Source: an uncultured Dehalococcoidia bacterium (GTDB lineage Bacteria > Chloroflexota > Dehalococcoidia > Lucifugimonadales > UBA3495). Taken from it: 34,835 nt of DNA. A program made the position numbers and the translations under genes. The number at the start of each line of letters is the position of its first letter. The first letter of the stretch is position 1. The stretch covers positions 1-34,835 of the forward strand of contig CAYVIG010000002.1 of the NCBI GenBank assembly GCA_964451445.1. The letters are read 5' to 3'. This document shows positions 1-7,853 of this stretch, one piece after another. The notes beneath the pieces were generated by a model that was not told the origin of the DNA, did not search any database, and was given only the letters and a program-made list of their open reading frames with translations.

Positions 1-1
1 A

Positions 2-424
2 CCCGATGTCGCACCCACCCGGTACACGGCACTGTTGTTTTATCGGGGCCATTGGTGACCCTACTGCAATCGGCAGTTAGCCGAATGGGAAGCAAACAAA
101 GCGGAGCTGGACGATCTGGAAGTCACCGTCTACGCCGTGAGTGTCGATAGCAAAGAACACGCTCAGGAAGTTAAGGACAAGGGTTTGTCCTTCCCAATTG
201 CCTACGGCGCCACCAAAAAAGACGGCGCAACCATCGGCGCCTGGTGGTCCGAGGACCGGGGTGGCTACATCCAGCCAGCCGAATTCCTCCTGGGGCGTGG
301 TGGCACCGTGCTGGGGTCGATGTACGCCTCTGGGCCGGTGGGACGGATGGGCGCCGATGAAGCCATCCGCCAGATCACACGCCGGGAAGGCATCCGAAGG
401 GAAGAAGAGGCCGAGGCGCAATAG
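2..424 (+). CDS. PRX-like / AhpC-TSA (redoxin, thioredoxin-fold) thiol peroxidase, 5' partial, with in-frame TGA at 56..58 read as putative selenocysteine
   Basis: Frame 2 is open from the window edge: PDVAPTRYTALLFYRGHW-[TGA]-PYCNRQLAEWEANKAELDDLEVTVYAVSVDSKEH. It runs straight into track ORF 137..424. FYRGxW-C-P-x-C is the redox motif of PRX-like redoxins, and the TGA sits exactly at the first Cys. The stop is TAG at 422..424. Confidence 0.7.
56..58 (+). other. In-frame TGA, candidate selenocysteine (recoding) codon in a U-P-Y-C motif
   Basis: Direct reading gives cat tgg TGA ccc tac tgc. The same frame continues into a conserved redoxin C-terminal region. Confidence 0.6.
61..80 (+). other. 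Candidate bacterial SECIS-like hairpin immediately 3' of the TGA
   Basis: ACUGC(63-67)/GCAGU(73-77) forms a 5-bp stem with loop AAUCG. It extends by U62-A79 and C61-G80 with U78 bulged. A loop G lies 16 nt after the U of UGA. The structure is hand-folded only. Confidence 0.35.
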
Positions 425-466
425 CCTAAATCCAGGAATCGACCAGCTAAATTTAAGGAGATAGCC

Positions 467-1279
467 ATGAGCAACCAACAGGTGTTGGACCTGATGGAAC
501 GAGTTTGGCGTTCCATAGATTCGTTGTGCTCTCCCCTGAACGAAGCCCAGTGGAAAACCGCCACAGATTGCCCAGGATGGTCGGTTCAAGACCAGGTGTC
601 GCATATTGCCGGTGCGGAATCTGGCATACTTGGTAACCCACGCCCAGACCACATGCCGCAAGACACCTCCTACGTTCAGAACGACGTTGGCCAGTCCAAC
701 GAAGTGGTCGTCGACTACCGTCGCTCCTGGACAGGACAAGAGGTCTTAGACGAGTTCCGCCAACTCACCAACGAACGTTTGTCTTTCCTCAAAGGTCTGA
801 CCGAAGAGGGATTCAACGCCGAGACCGAAACACCCCTTGGTCCGGGCACCATCACAGACCATCTGCGTATTCGGATCATGGATGCCTGGGTCCACGAGCA
901 AGACATACGGCGCGCCCTAAACATACCTGGAGAACTGGACGGGCCAGTAGCAGCCCATTCCGTGGGTCGGTTCACCAGGGCCATGCCCTTTGTGGTTGCT
1001 AGAAAAGCGCAAGCTCCAGACGGCACCACCGTGGTCTTCAACATCACCGGGCCCGTTGGCAGGGTAATCTCTGTGGGCGTCGGCGGAAACAGGGGCAGTG
1101 AACTGGAAACAGAACCAGCCTCGCCAATGGTCACAATCACCGCCGATGTCGAAACCTTCACCTGCCTCAGTTGTGGCCGTTGGGCACCGTCAGATGCATT
1201 GACTTCAAGAAGGATCACCATCACCGGTGACACAACACTGGGTCAGACCATCATCAATCAAATGAACATCATGATCTGA
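467..1279 (+). CDS. Maleylpyruvate isomerase family mycothiol-dependent enzyme (DinB/MDMPI N-terminal fold, TIGR03083-like)
   Basis: The N-terminus reads ...WRSIDSLCSPLNEAQWKTATDCPGWSVQDQVSHI..., typical of the MDMPI_N/DinB_2 domain. The AAGGAG RBS lies 6 nt upstream of the ATG. Length is 270 aa. Confidence 0.8.
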   Translation: MSNQQVLDLMERVWRSIDSLCSPLNEAQWKTATDCPGWSVQDQVSHIAGAESGILGNPRPDHMPQDTSYVQNDVGQSNEVVVDYRRSWTGQEVLDEFRQLTNERLSFLKGLTEEGFNAETETPLGPGTITDHLRIRIMDAWVHEQDIRRALNIPGELDGPVAAHSVGRFTRAMPFVVARKAQAPDGTTVVFNITGPVGRVISVGVGGNRGSELETEPASPMVTITADVETFTCLSCGRWAPSDALTSRRITITGDTTLGQTIINQMNIMI

Positions 1280-1310
1280 TACTGTTTCGGCAACCCGTTC
1301 AGCCGTAGCC

Positions 1311-1338
1311 TGTGCAAGTAGCGGTCTTTCGTTATAAT
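1311..1338 (+). promoter_or_regulatory. Candidate sigma70-type promoter for the MFS gene (TGTGCA-16 nt-TATAAT)
   Basis: A perfect TATAAT sits at 1333..1338 with a weak -35 at 1311..1316. It lies about 70 nt upstream of the 1409 start. Confidence 0.3.
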
Positions 1339-1408
1339 GTGAGCGTCCTTCATACAAAATGTAATCATCTATTGGAATTTCATCTTCCAGACAGGCGGTA
1401 TTAGGTAA

Positions 1409-2782
1409 TTGGCTCTTCCAGTCAGACCAAAATTGGGCTTCTCAGCTGGTAATATGCCCTTCGGCATCCACTACAGTTGGATCATCATCGGCATCCTAGC
1501 CACCGTCCAGATCTTCGCCAGTTCCATCAGCATGGCTGCCGGAATCATGGTCCCGCCCCTGAATGACCCCGACGGGGAATTTAGCTGGAGCATGGGCGCC
1601 ATCGGCATGGTCATCGCCAGCTACTACCTGTTCGGCGCGATGTATGCCCCGATCACAGGCTGGCTGGGCGACCGCTACGGCTCGCGCCGGATGCTCTTAG
1701 CCGCAGCGACCATGTACATCATCAGCATGTTCCTGCTGAGCCAGGTGACCGAGATTTGGCACTTCTTCATCTTCTTCGGGATTCTGCTGTCCCTCACCCA
1801 ATCGCTGGCCATGGTCCCCTTGATGGCAGCGGTCAGCGGCTGGTTCCGTCGCCGGTTGGGACTGGGAGTGGGCCTTCTCTGGGGCGCAGGAGGCGCAGGA
1901 ACCGCCGTCATGGCCCCGGTCATAGGTGGGTTCATAGAAGCGTTCGGCTGGCAGTCCACCTTCATGCTCATTGGATCTGTTGGTGGGGGCATCATGCTCT
2001 GCTTGGTCCCCTTGATGAGGAGCAAACCAGCCGACATCGGCATCCAGCCCTATGGAGCCAGGCCAACGGATCCGCCACTGGTCGTCAGAGATAAGACCGT
2101 CGATCGGATGCGCCAGAAGGTATTCAATCAACACACCCGTAGTACCAAGCCGTTCTGGAATCTGCCATTGATCCATGCCCTGGGCTGCGCAGGGCATGGC
2201 ACCGTCTTGATCTACGTCATCCCCATGGCTTTTGAGCGTGGGGCATTCTCGTCATTGGCCCAAGCCGGTATCATCCTGACCATTATCGCCCTGATAAGCG
2301 TTATCAGTCGTATCGTGACGCCGATCATGGCAGAGGCCTACGGGACTCGAAAGATGATGGCCGCCAGTCTGTCCATTCAGGCCATCACCGTGTTCATGCT
2401 CTTTTGGTCCCATGACGCCTGGGCTTTTTACCTCTTCGCCGCGGTTTTCGGGATTGGATTCGGCGGGGAGTGGACGGGTTACCTAGTCATCAACCGCCAG
2501 TACTTCGGGGAAGGCCCGATGGGAACGGTCTACGGCTGGCAGACCACGGGCGCATTGATGGGTCACGCCGTGGCAACGGGTCTGGCTGGGTTGGTGGTCT
2601 ATGCGACCGGGTCTTTCAACGTGGTGATGGCCCTGTCTGTGGGGTTCAGCGCCTTTGGCGTGGTGGTCATCAGTATGCTAGATGACACGTCTCATGTACT
2701 GATTCCCAACTGGGAAGACGACATTCCTTCAGGAGAACCTCAGGTTGAACCGAACCTGGGCACGGCGACGGCGGACGACTAG
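1409..2782 (+). CDS. MFS transporter (oxalate/formate-antiporter-like class); TTG start at 1409, alternative ATG at 1454
   Basis: The protein has about 12 hydrophobic segments and a GWLGDRYGSRR loop motif between TM2 and TM3. It is a paralogue of 31671..32990 with the same N-terminal GIHY(S/A)WI and C-terminal IPNWED..IP...ADD. Confidence 0.88.
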   Translation: MALPVRPKLGFSAGNMPFGIHYSWIIIGILATVQIFASSISMAAGIMVPPLNDPDGEFSWSMGAIGMVIASYYLFGAMYAPITGWLGDRYGSRRMLLAAATMYIISMFLLSQVTEIWHFFIFFGILLSLTQSLAMVPLMAAVSGWFRRRLGLGVGLLWGAGGAGTAVMAPVIGGFIEAFGWQSTFMLIGSVGGGIMLCLVPLMRSKPADIGIQPYGARPTDPPLVVRDKTVDRMRQKVFNQHTRSTKPFWNLPLIHALGCAGHGTVLIYVIPMAFERGAFSSLAQAGIILTIIALISVISRIVTPIMAEAYGTRKMMAASLSIQAITVFMLFWSHDAWAFYLFAAVFGIGFGGEWTGYLVINRQYFGEGPMGTVYGWQTTGALMGHAVATGLAGLVVYATGSFNVVMALSVGFSAFGVVVISMLDDTSHVLIPNWEDDIPSGEPQVEPNLGTATADD

Positions 2783-2815
2783 GTCCCTTTTAAAACGGGA
2801 TGATGGCAAAGATTG

Positions 2816-2850
2816 GCCCTCATCCCAACCTTCTCTCTGAGGAAGAAGGG
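2816..2850 (+). repeat. Short dispersed intergenic repeat, copy 1 (GCCCTCATCCCAACCTTC-n5-GAGGAAGAAGGG)
   Basis: It matches the reverse complement of 24786..24822. The left arm is 17/18 identical, the right arm 12/12, and the centre is variable. Both copies lie just 3' of an MFS gene in the same relative orientation. Confidence 0.6.
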
Positions 2851-3030
2851 CCTCTGTTCCGGTCTCCAGAAGAGGCTTAACGCCGTTAGCAAAAGACTCT
2901 CCCAAAAAGTCGCCCCGAGCTTGCCAAAGGGTCTGCCGAACCGCAATTTGGTAGACTCTTCATGGTTCCACTCCTCAGGATTACAGTCTCGGAGAACGGC
3001 TCCTGAGACAGGATTAACGCTCTTCAGTGA

Positions 3031-4482
3031 CTATTCTTGATTTAGGAAATGCTTAACGAACTGGCTCATTGGTTCTTTGTCGTAGCGGGAGTTCATCAGC
3101 ACCACGTTGCGGTTTCTGTCCCCCTGGAAGAACCGCTCATAGAGTATCTGCCGTGAGCCAAACGCACTGCAGCAGGTATCCCAGGCCAGCCTGAACAATC
3201 TGACCCGATCCTTAGCGTTGGAGAAATCAGTCTCCAGATACCGGCCTATGTCTTCGGCTATGGGACCTTCGAAATCCTCTTCGGTAGGCAGGGCCATCAA
3301 GCTGCTGGAACCCAACAGGTGCAGTATCTCCCCCATACGCGGGTACATCTTAATGAACTGCTGGCGGGCCACCATCAACGAGATGTCCACCGGACACATC
3401 ACTCCCCACTCATCCAGCTCGGCATCCACTTCGGCCGCCCGAAGTAGGGCCTTGGTTATCTCAAGGTTCTCGATGATCTCCGCCATCATGCCGTGGACCT
3501 GGGGCGCTTCGCCCGAACCCAAAGTCTCGACCATCAGGTTGGCCAATCCCAAGATGAACTCGCATTTCACCACATTCTTGGTGACAACCTGGTGGCCCGA
3601 GTGCAGGTACTGGTGGGTTGTCAAAGACATGTTGTTGCACATGTCCACGTCGCCGTACAGGAAGACTCGCTCCCAAGGGACTAACACATTGTCGAAGAAG
3701 GCCAGAGCGTCCATCTCTTCAAACCGTGAACCTAGCGGATGATCAAAGCTGGAGCGCTGCAGGTCAAAGGGTTCCCGACATTGGAACTTCAATCCAGGAG
3801 CATCACAAGGAATAGCAAAGGCGAATGACGTCCGGCCTGGCGCTCCGGTGGGTAGACGGTGGGAGCGCGCCGGATAGACAGCGATCTCATCGGCGATGGG
3901 CAGAGTTGCCAGCACCCTGGCCCCGTTCACGATGATTCCCTCATCGGTCTCTTTCACCACCGACAACGCCACATCCAAGGAATCGTCCAGGGCTGTGGCC
4001 GCGCCGGAGCGGTTTCTCTGGATATTGACCAGCGTGTGGGTCAGGACCAGATCTTTCTCACGGACCATCTCGTAGTAATTTTGGATGTTCTTCTCAAACT
4101 CAGGGCGGTTCTGGCCAAAGAATTTACCTGCCGCAGCCATGGACATCAGGCTCACGTTCAAGAAATCCGGAGTCCGGCCCATCATCCCGCAGGTGATCTT
4201 GGCCCAGTTCCGCATCATCTGATGCCTAAGGTCCAGGTCTTCGTGGGTTTTGGGAGTCAAGAACGAGAGACCCACCTGGTCTCCAGTGGTGGGTGACTCA
4301 TAGGTCATATCATTCCCCACAACCGGATCATGTTGCAGGTCGTACAACCGGGCCAGAGTCTTGATTCCGCCCATGAGCCCGGGCTGAGTGGTGGGGTCCT
4401 TGACCTGTTTGCCAGCCATATAAAGATTGGGCGGTCTTTCCTTGAGTCCCTCGATATATTGTTTACCCGTTCTAGCTGGCAT
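3031..4482 (-). CDS. hpaB: 4-hydroxyphenylacetate 3-hydroxylase (HpaB) family flavin-dependent monooxygenase, oxygenase component
   Basis: The N-terminus MPARTGKQYIEGLKERPPNLYMAGKQVKDPTTQPG...LYDLQHDP...GMMGRTPDFLN closely resembles the HpaB/4-HBA-CoA dehydratase family. Length is 483 aa, with an AGGAGG RBS. The substrate is not inferable. Confidence 0.85.
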   Translation of the reverse strand: MPARTGKQYIEGLKERPPNLYMAGKQVKDPTTQPGLMGGIKTLARLYDLQHDPVVGNDMTYESPTTGDQVGLSFLTPKTHEDLDLRHQMMRNWAKITCGMMGRTPDFLNVSLMSMAAAGKFFGQNRPEFEKNIQNYYEMVREKDLVLTHTLVNIQRNRSGAATALDDSLDVALSVVKETDEGIIVNGARVLATLPIADEIAVYPARSHRLPTGAPGRTSFAFAIPCDAPGLKFQCREPFDLQRSSFDHPLGSRFEEMDALAFFDNVLVPWERVFLYGDVDMCNNMSLTTHQYLHSGHQVVTKNVVKCEFILGLANLMVETLGSGEAPQVHGMMAEIIENLEITKALLRAAEVDAELDEWGVMCPVDISLMVARQQFIKMYPRMGEILHLLGSSSLMALPTEEDFEGPIAEDIGRYLETDFSNAKDRVRLFRLAWDTCCSAFGSRQILYERFFQGDRNRNVVLMNSRYDKEPMSQFVKHFLNQE

Positions 4483-4607
4483 CAGCTATCCTCCTGTCAG
4501 TCCTGAGCCGGTACGAGTTCACCGATTTTGTTAGCCGACATTCTGCGGTAATCTCTCCTGTTTTACTAGAGTCTGCCTTTTCGAGACATCGTACGGTCCA
4601 GATACGA

Positions 4608-4636
4608 TTGACAGCGGTAGCTGTTTCCCCTAGTCT
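4608..4636 (+). promoter_or_regulatory. Candidate promoter for the deacetylase-fold genes (TTGACA-17 nt-TAGTCT)
   Basis: A perfect -35 hexamer sits at 4608..4613 with a weak -10. It lies in the divergent 200-bp intergenic region. Confidence 0.25.
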
Positions 4637-4683
4637 GGCCTCACATCACGGCCAGGCATACTTTTCTCAGGAGGCCCATTGAG

Positions 4684-5595
4684 ATGTCCCTAGCTCCGCA
4701 TCGAGTGGATTACAACCCCATAATCGAGCGTCCGCCCATCAAATGGCCCAACGGTGAAAGGGTGGCACTGTGGATCGCCCCCAACGTTGAGCACTATGAA
4801 TACATGCCCATCAAGTACGGACCACGCGACCCCTGGCCGCGCACACCGTATCCCGATGTTCAGCAGTACTCCTACCGTGATTACGGCAACCGGGTCGGGT
4901 TCTGGCGGATGCTGGAGGTCTTGGATCAGTACAAGATCCGCAGCTGCGTCTCATTGAACCTGGCCGTGTTGGAGCATTTTCCGGAGATCCGTAAGGCCAT
5001 GGTCGACCGGGACTGGGATTACATGACCCACGGCATCTATAACACCCGTTACCTCTATGCCTATACCGAGGCTGAAGAACGGGAGTTCTACCGCGACAAC
5101 ATCGAGACTGTGAAGAGATACACCGGCAAGAAACTGAACGGAATGCTTGGCCCAGCCATCTCTGGCACCGTCCGTACTCCTGACTTGATGGCTGAAGCCG
5201 GTCTGACTTATCACACCGACTGGATGCACGACGACCAGCCTGTGCCCATCAACGTGAACTCAGGCAACAAGCTAATCTCAGTCCCTTACTCAATCGAGTT
5301 GAACGATTCACCATTGTTCAGGGTGAACTACGAAGCCGAATACTTTGCAGAGATCTGCAAACGGCAGTTTGACCAGCTCTATAAAGAGGGAGCCGAGAGC
5401 GGCCGGGTGATGTGTATCGCCCTTCATCCCTTCCTGACGGGCCAACCCAACCGGATAAAGTACCTGGACGACATCCTCAGCTACATAACCGGACATGGCG
5501 AAATCTGGCTGACCACCGCGGACGACATAACCGAGTACTACCTCGAGAATTACTACGACCAAGCGGTGGCAGATAACAAGAAGTACCAGGTTTAG
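4684..5595 (+). CDS. Polysaccharide deacetylase-fold hydrolase, PuuE (metal-independent allantoinase)-like, paralogue 1
   Basis: It has YGNRVGFWRMLEVL, HG..N and ALHPFLTGQPNRIKYLDDIL signatures similar to PuuE-type deacetylase-family amidohydrolases. Length is 303 aa. Confidence 0.8.
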   Translation: MSLAPHRVDYNPIIERPPIKWPNGERVALWIAPNVEHYEYMPIKYGPRDPWPRTPYPDVQQYSYRDYGNRVGFWRMLEVLDQYKIRSCVSLNLAVLEHFPEIRKAMVDRDWDYMTHGIYNTRYLYAYTEAEEREFYRDNIETVKRYTGKKLNGMLGPAISGTVRTPDLMAEAGLTYHTDWMHDDQPVPINVNSGNKLISVPYSIELNDSPLFRVNYEAEYFAEICKRQFDQLYKEGAESGRVMCIALHPFLTGQPNRIKYLDDILSYITGHGEIWLTTADDITEYYLENYYDQAVADNKKYQV

Positions 5596-5635
5596 ACGAT
5601 TAAATTCAAAATCTTAGGCGAGGGGAGATTTACCC

Positions 5636-6538
5636 ATGCCAGGTGAACGACGAGAAGGGATGGACCATCCGCACCACGAATGGTCACCCATTACCACCCG
5701 AGGGAAACTTAACTGGCCCAACGATGCAAGAGTAGCGTTGTGCGTGATAATCACTCTGGAACACACCGAATGGGAGCTGCCTGAAGGCGCCTATTCCGCT
5801 GACCAAGCAGGCGGTTTGGGCGTAAGGCCATTCCCAGACTACCCGCGCTTCTCCCACCGGGAGTACGGCCACCGGGTCGGAATCTTCCGCGTGCTTGATG
5901 CCCTAGAACACCTGGGCATCAAGTCCACCGTCGCCATGGACACCCAGACAGCAGAAGGCTATCCCTACCTGGTGAAACACTGCCAAGACCGGGGCTGCGA
6001 GATCATCGCCCACGGTGTCTCGGGAACCCAGATGATCTCGAGTTTGATGTCCGAGGAGTCAGAGACAATCTTCATCCGCTCTTCTATTGAGAAGATGGAG
6101 AAAGCCACCGGAAAGACGCCGAGGGGCTGGTTCGGTACTGACTACGGAGAATCAGACCGCACGCCCGATCTGCTCAGGCGAGCAGGCGTCGACTACGTCT
6201 GTGACTGGGTCAACGATGAACAACCCTACGCCATGAGGGACGGCCTGACCGCTCTGCCTACCATGCTGGAGATGGATGACCTGTTCACCATGTCCACCCG
6301 ACGCGTGACCATCGAGCGCTACGCCCGGTCCATCCGAGAGGGGTTTGATGTCATGTACGAGGACGGCGCAGAGAACGGTCGCTTGCTGACCATCAACCTT
6401 CACCCGTGGTTGATCGGCCAACCCTTCCGCATCGGATATCTTGAAGATGCTCTTGGGCACATAATGGGCCACGATGGCGTATGGACCGCGACTGGATCCG
6501 AGGTTGTCGACTGGTTCAACAACAACAGACCTTCATGA
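5636..6538 (+). CDS. Polysaccharide deacetylase-fold hydrolase, PuuE-like, paralogue 2
   Basis: YGHRVGIFRVLDAL and NLHPWLIGQPFRIGYLEDAL are collinear with the preceding gene. An alternative start exists at Met9. Confidence 0.8.
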   Translation: MPGERREGMDHPHHEWSPITTRGKLNWPNDARVALCVIITLEHTEWELPEGAYSADQAGGLGVRPFPDYPRFSHREYGHRVGIFRVLDALEHLGIKSTVAMDTQTAEGYPYLVKHCQDRGCEIIAHGVSGTQMISSLMSEESETIFIRSSIEKMEKATGKTPRGWFGTDYGESDRTPDLLRRAGVDYVCDWVNDEQPYAMRDGLTALPTMLEMDDLFTMSTRRVTIERYARSIREGFDVMYEDGAENGRLLTINLHPWLIGQPFRIGYLEDALGHIMGHDGVWTATGSEVVDWFNNNRPS

Positions 6539-6688
6539 ATAAAAGAGGGCTTGATCATACCTTTGCGATAACTGACACAAAGTTGTGAACGAAACAGGGA
6601 AAGAGAGCCCATATCTGGGCGGAAATCGAGGCCTGATTTATATCGCTGCGGTGAGCCAAATTTTACGCGTAGCCATAGCTAAAATCTC

Positions 6689-6717
6689 TTGACACCAATT
6701 TCCTGTTGTGATATTTT
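6689..6717 (+). promoter_or_regulatory. Candidate sigma70-type promoter of the ACIII block (TTGACA-17 nt-TATTTT)
   Basis: A perfect -35 sits at 6689..6694, followed by a 17-nt spacer and a 4/6 -10 at 6712..6717. It lies in the only sizeable (271 bp) gap upstream of the co-directional block. Confidence 0.45.
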
Positions 6718-6809
6718 TCACCTGGCCTCGAGTATGAGGTGTTTTCACGCACGAAACATTCAGCGAGAGAGCGTGTAAGATCGGCAAGTAATATCACCGA
6801 AGGGAATCA

Positions 6810-7106
6810 ATGTTCGAAGACCCTAAAGCACTAACGAGCACCGATTGGCACAACATCCATATGTTCTTGCAATGGTTCTGGATTTACCTGCCCATCGTCC
6901 TGACATTTGGCATCACAATGTTGATTGCCCACGCACTGATTCCATCATTGATCATCACTGGGCAACTCCCCGAATCTGCCCACAAGGCAAGGTTGCCTCT
7001 CACTGGCATAGCCGCCATTGCATTCGCCGCTGGCGTGGTCATATTGAGCCTGGCCATCAACGCTCAGTTAGATGTACAGAACATCTGGCCCAGGGTCTTC
7101 GTCTAG
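6810..7106 (+). CDS. Small hypothetical membrane protein (2 predicted TM segments), first ORF of the ACIII block
   Basis: The 98-aa protein has hydrophobic stretches FLQWFWIYLPIVLTFGITMLIAHALIPSLII and LTGIAAIAFAAGVVILSLAI. The competing frame 6845..7156 is His/Arg-rich junk. I recognise no family. Confidence 0.5.
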   Translation: MFEDPKALTSTDWHNIHMFLQWFWIYLPIVLTFGITMLIAHALIPSLIITGQLPESAHKARLPLTGIAAIAFAAGVVILSLAINAQLDVQNIWPRVFV

Positions 7107-7173
7107 ACCAGCCCGGTCTGACATATAACTTACGAGAAACTCAACGAAACCAATGAACGGAACAACTAACTAG

Positions 7174-7815
7174 ATGATGCCAAGTCGGAAAATGCTGCCC
7201 TTGATGATTGCGGGTGGAGTCGTCACCGTAATCATGGGATTCATCCTGGTTGTTCTTCTTATTTCCTGGTTTTCAAACCCTCCTTTCGGATTAGGTAACG
7301 CACCGGCCCAGCCCGTGGCCTTCCCCCACACCGTTCACGTCGCCGATAACAACATCCAGTGCGAGTTCTGCCACCGGAACGTTACCAAGGGTAAGGCAGC
7401 CACTGTCCCAGCCGTGGAACAATGCCTGTTCTGCCATCAAGAGATCGATGGCGGATCCCCCACCACCAGCGTCAACTCCGTTGCGGAGATTCAAAAAGTT
7501 CGCGACGCATTCTCCTCTGATATGCCAATCGACTGGGAACGGGTTCACCGGCTCCCAGACCACGTCCGCTTCATCCATGAAGCCCATATAAGGTACTTCA
7601 CCAACGATGATATTCCGGTCAAAAAATACGGAATCAACGGCGAAGAGATAACAGAAACCCTGGATGTCGCTTTGACCTGCACCATCTGTCACGGCGACGT
7701 TGCAAACAAAGTGGAAGTACAGCCGAAGACCGGCCAGTCTCTAAAGATGGGAACCTGCCTGGATTGTCACCGTAACAATAACGTTCCTACAGACTGTACA
7801 GTCTGTCACAAGTAA
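7174..7815 (+). CDS. actA: Alternative complex III pentahaem cytochrome c subunit ActA
   Basis: It has an N-terminal TM anchor plus five CxxCH motifs (CEFCH, CLFCH, CTICH, CLDCH, CTVCH). It sits directly upstream of the actB-like genes. Confidence 0.88.
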   Translation: MMPSRKMLPLMIAGGVVTVIMGFILVVLLISWFSNPPFGLGNAPAQPVAFPHTVHVADNNIQCEFCHRNVTKGKAATVPAVEQCLFCHQEIDGGSPTTSVNSVAEIQKVRDAFSSDMPIDWERVHRLPDHVRFIHEAHIRYFTNDDIPVKKYGINGEEITETLDVALTCTICHGDVANKVEVQPKTGQSLKMGTCLDCHRNNNVPTDCTVCHK

Positions 7816-7853
7816 TTGGATTGCAAGGCCAGTAAGTAAAGGTCAGTAGGTAG

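Noticed and set aside
56-58. The in-frame TGA could reflect an alternative genetic code (TGA = Trp/Gly) or a simple nonsense pseudogene.
   Set aside because: TGA terminates several well-supported genes here (for example 1277..1279, 18312..18314, 19538..19540 and 20092..20094), so it is not a sense codon in general. The position, exactly at the first Cys of the W-C-P-x-C motif, and intact conservation on both sides favour Sec over random decay. Sequencing error cannot be excluded from the sequence alone.
77-739. A 220-aa minus-strand ORF spans the peroxiredoxin and MDMPI genes.
   Set aside because: It is antisense to two genes with clear family signatures. The translation is low-complexity Gly/Val/Arg-rich with no recognisable motif, which is typical of shadow ORFs in GC-rich coding DNA.
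2813-3040. A 75-aa basic ORF lies in the convergent MFS/hpaB intergenic region. A 93-aa ORF lies at 24689..24970.
   Set aside because: Both are generated by reading through the dispersed intergenic repeat (the ...RKKGL... peptide) and overlap neighbouring gene ends. They have no RBS or family support.
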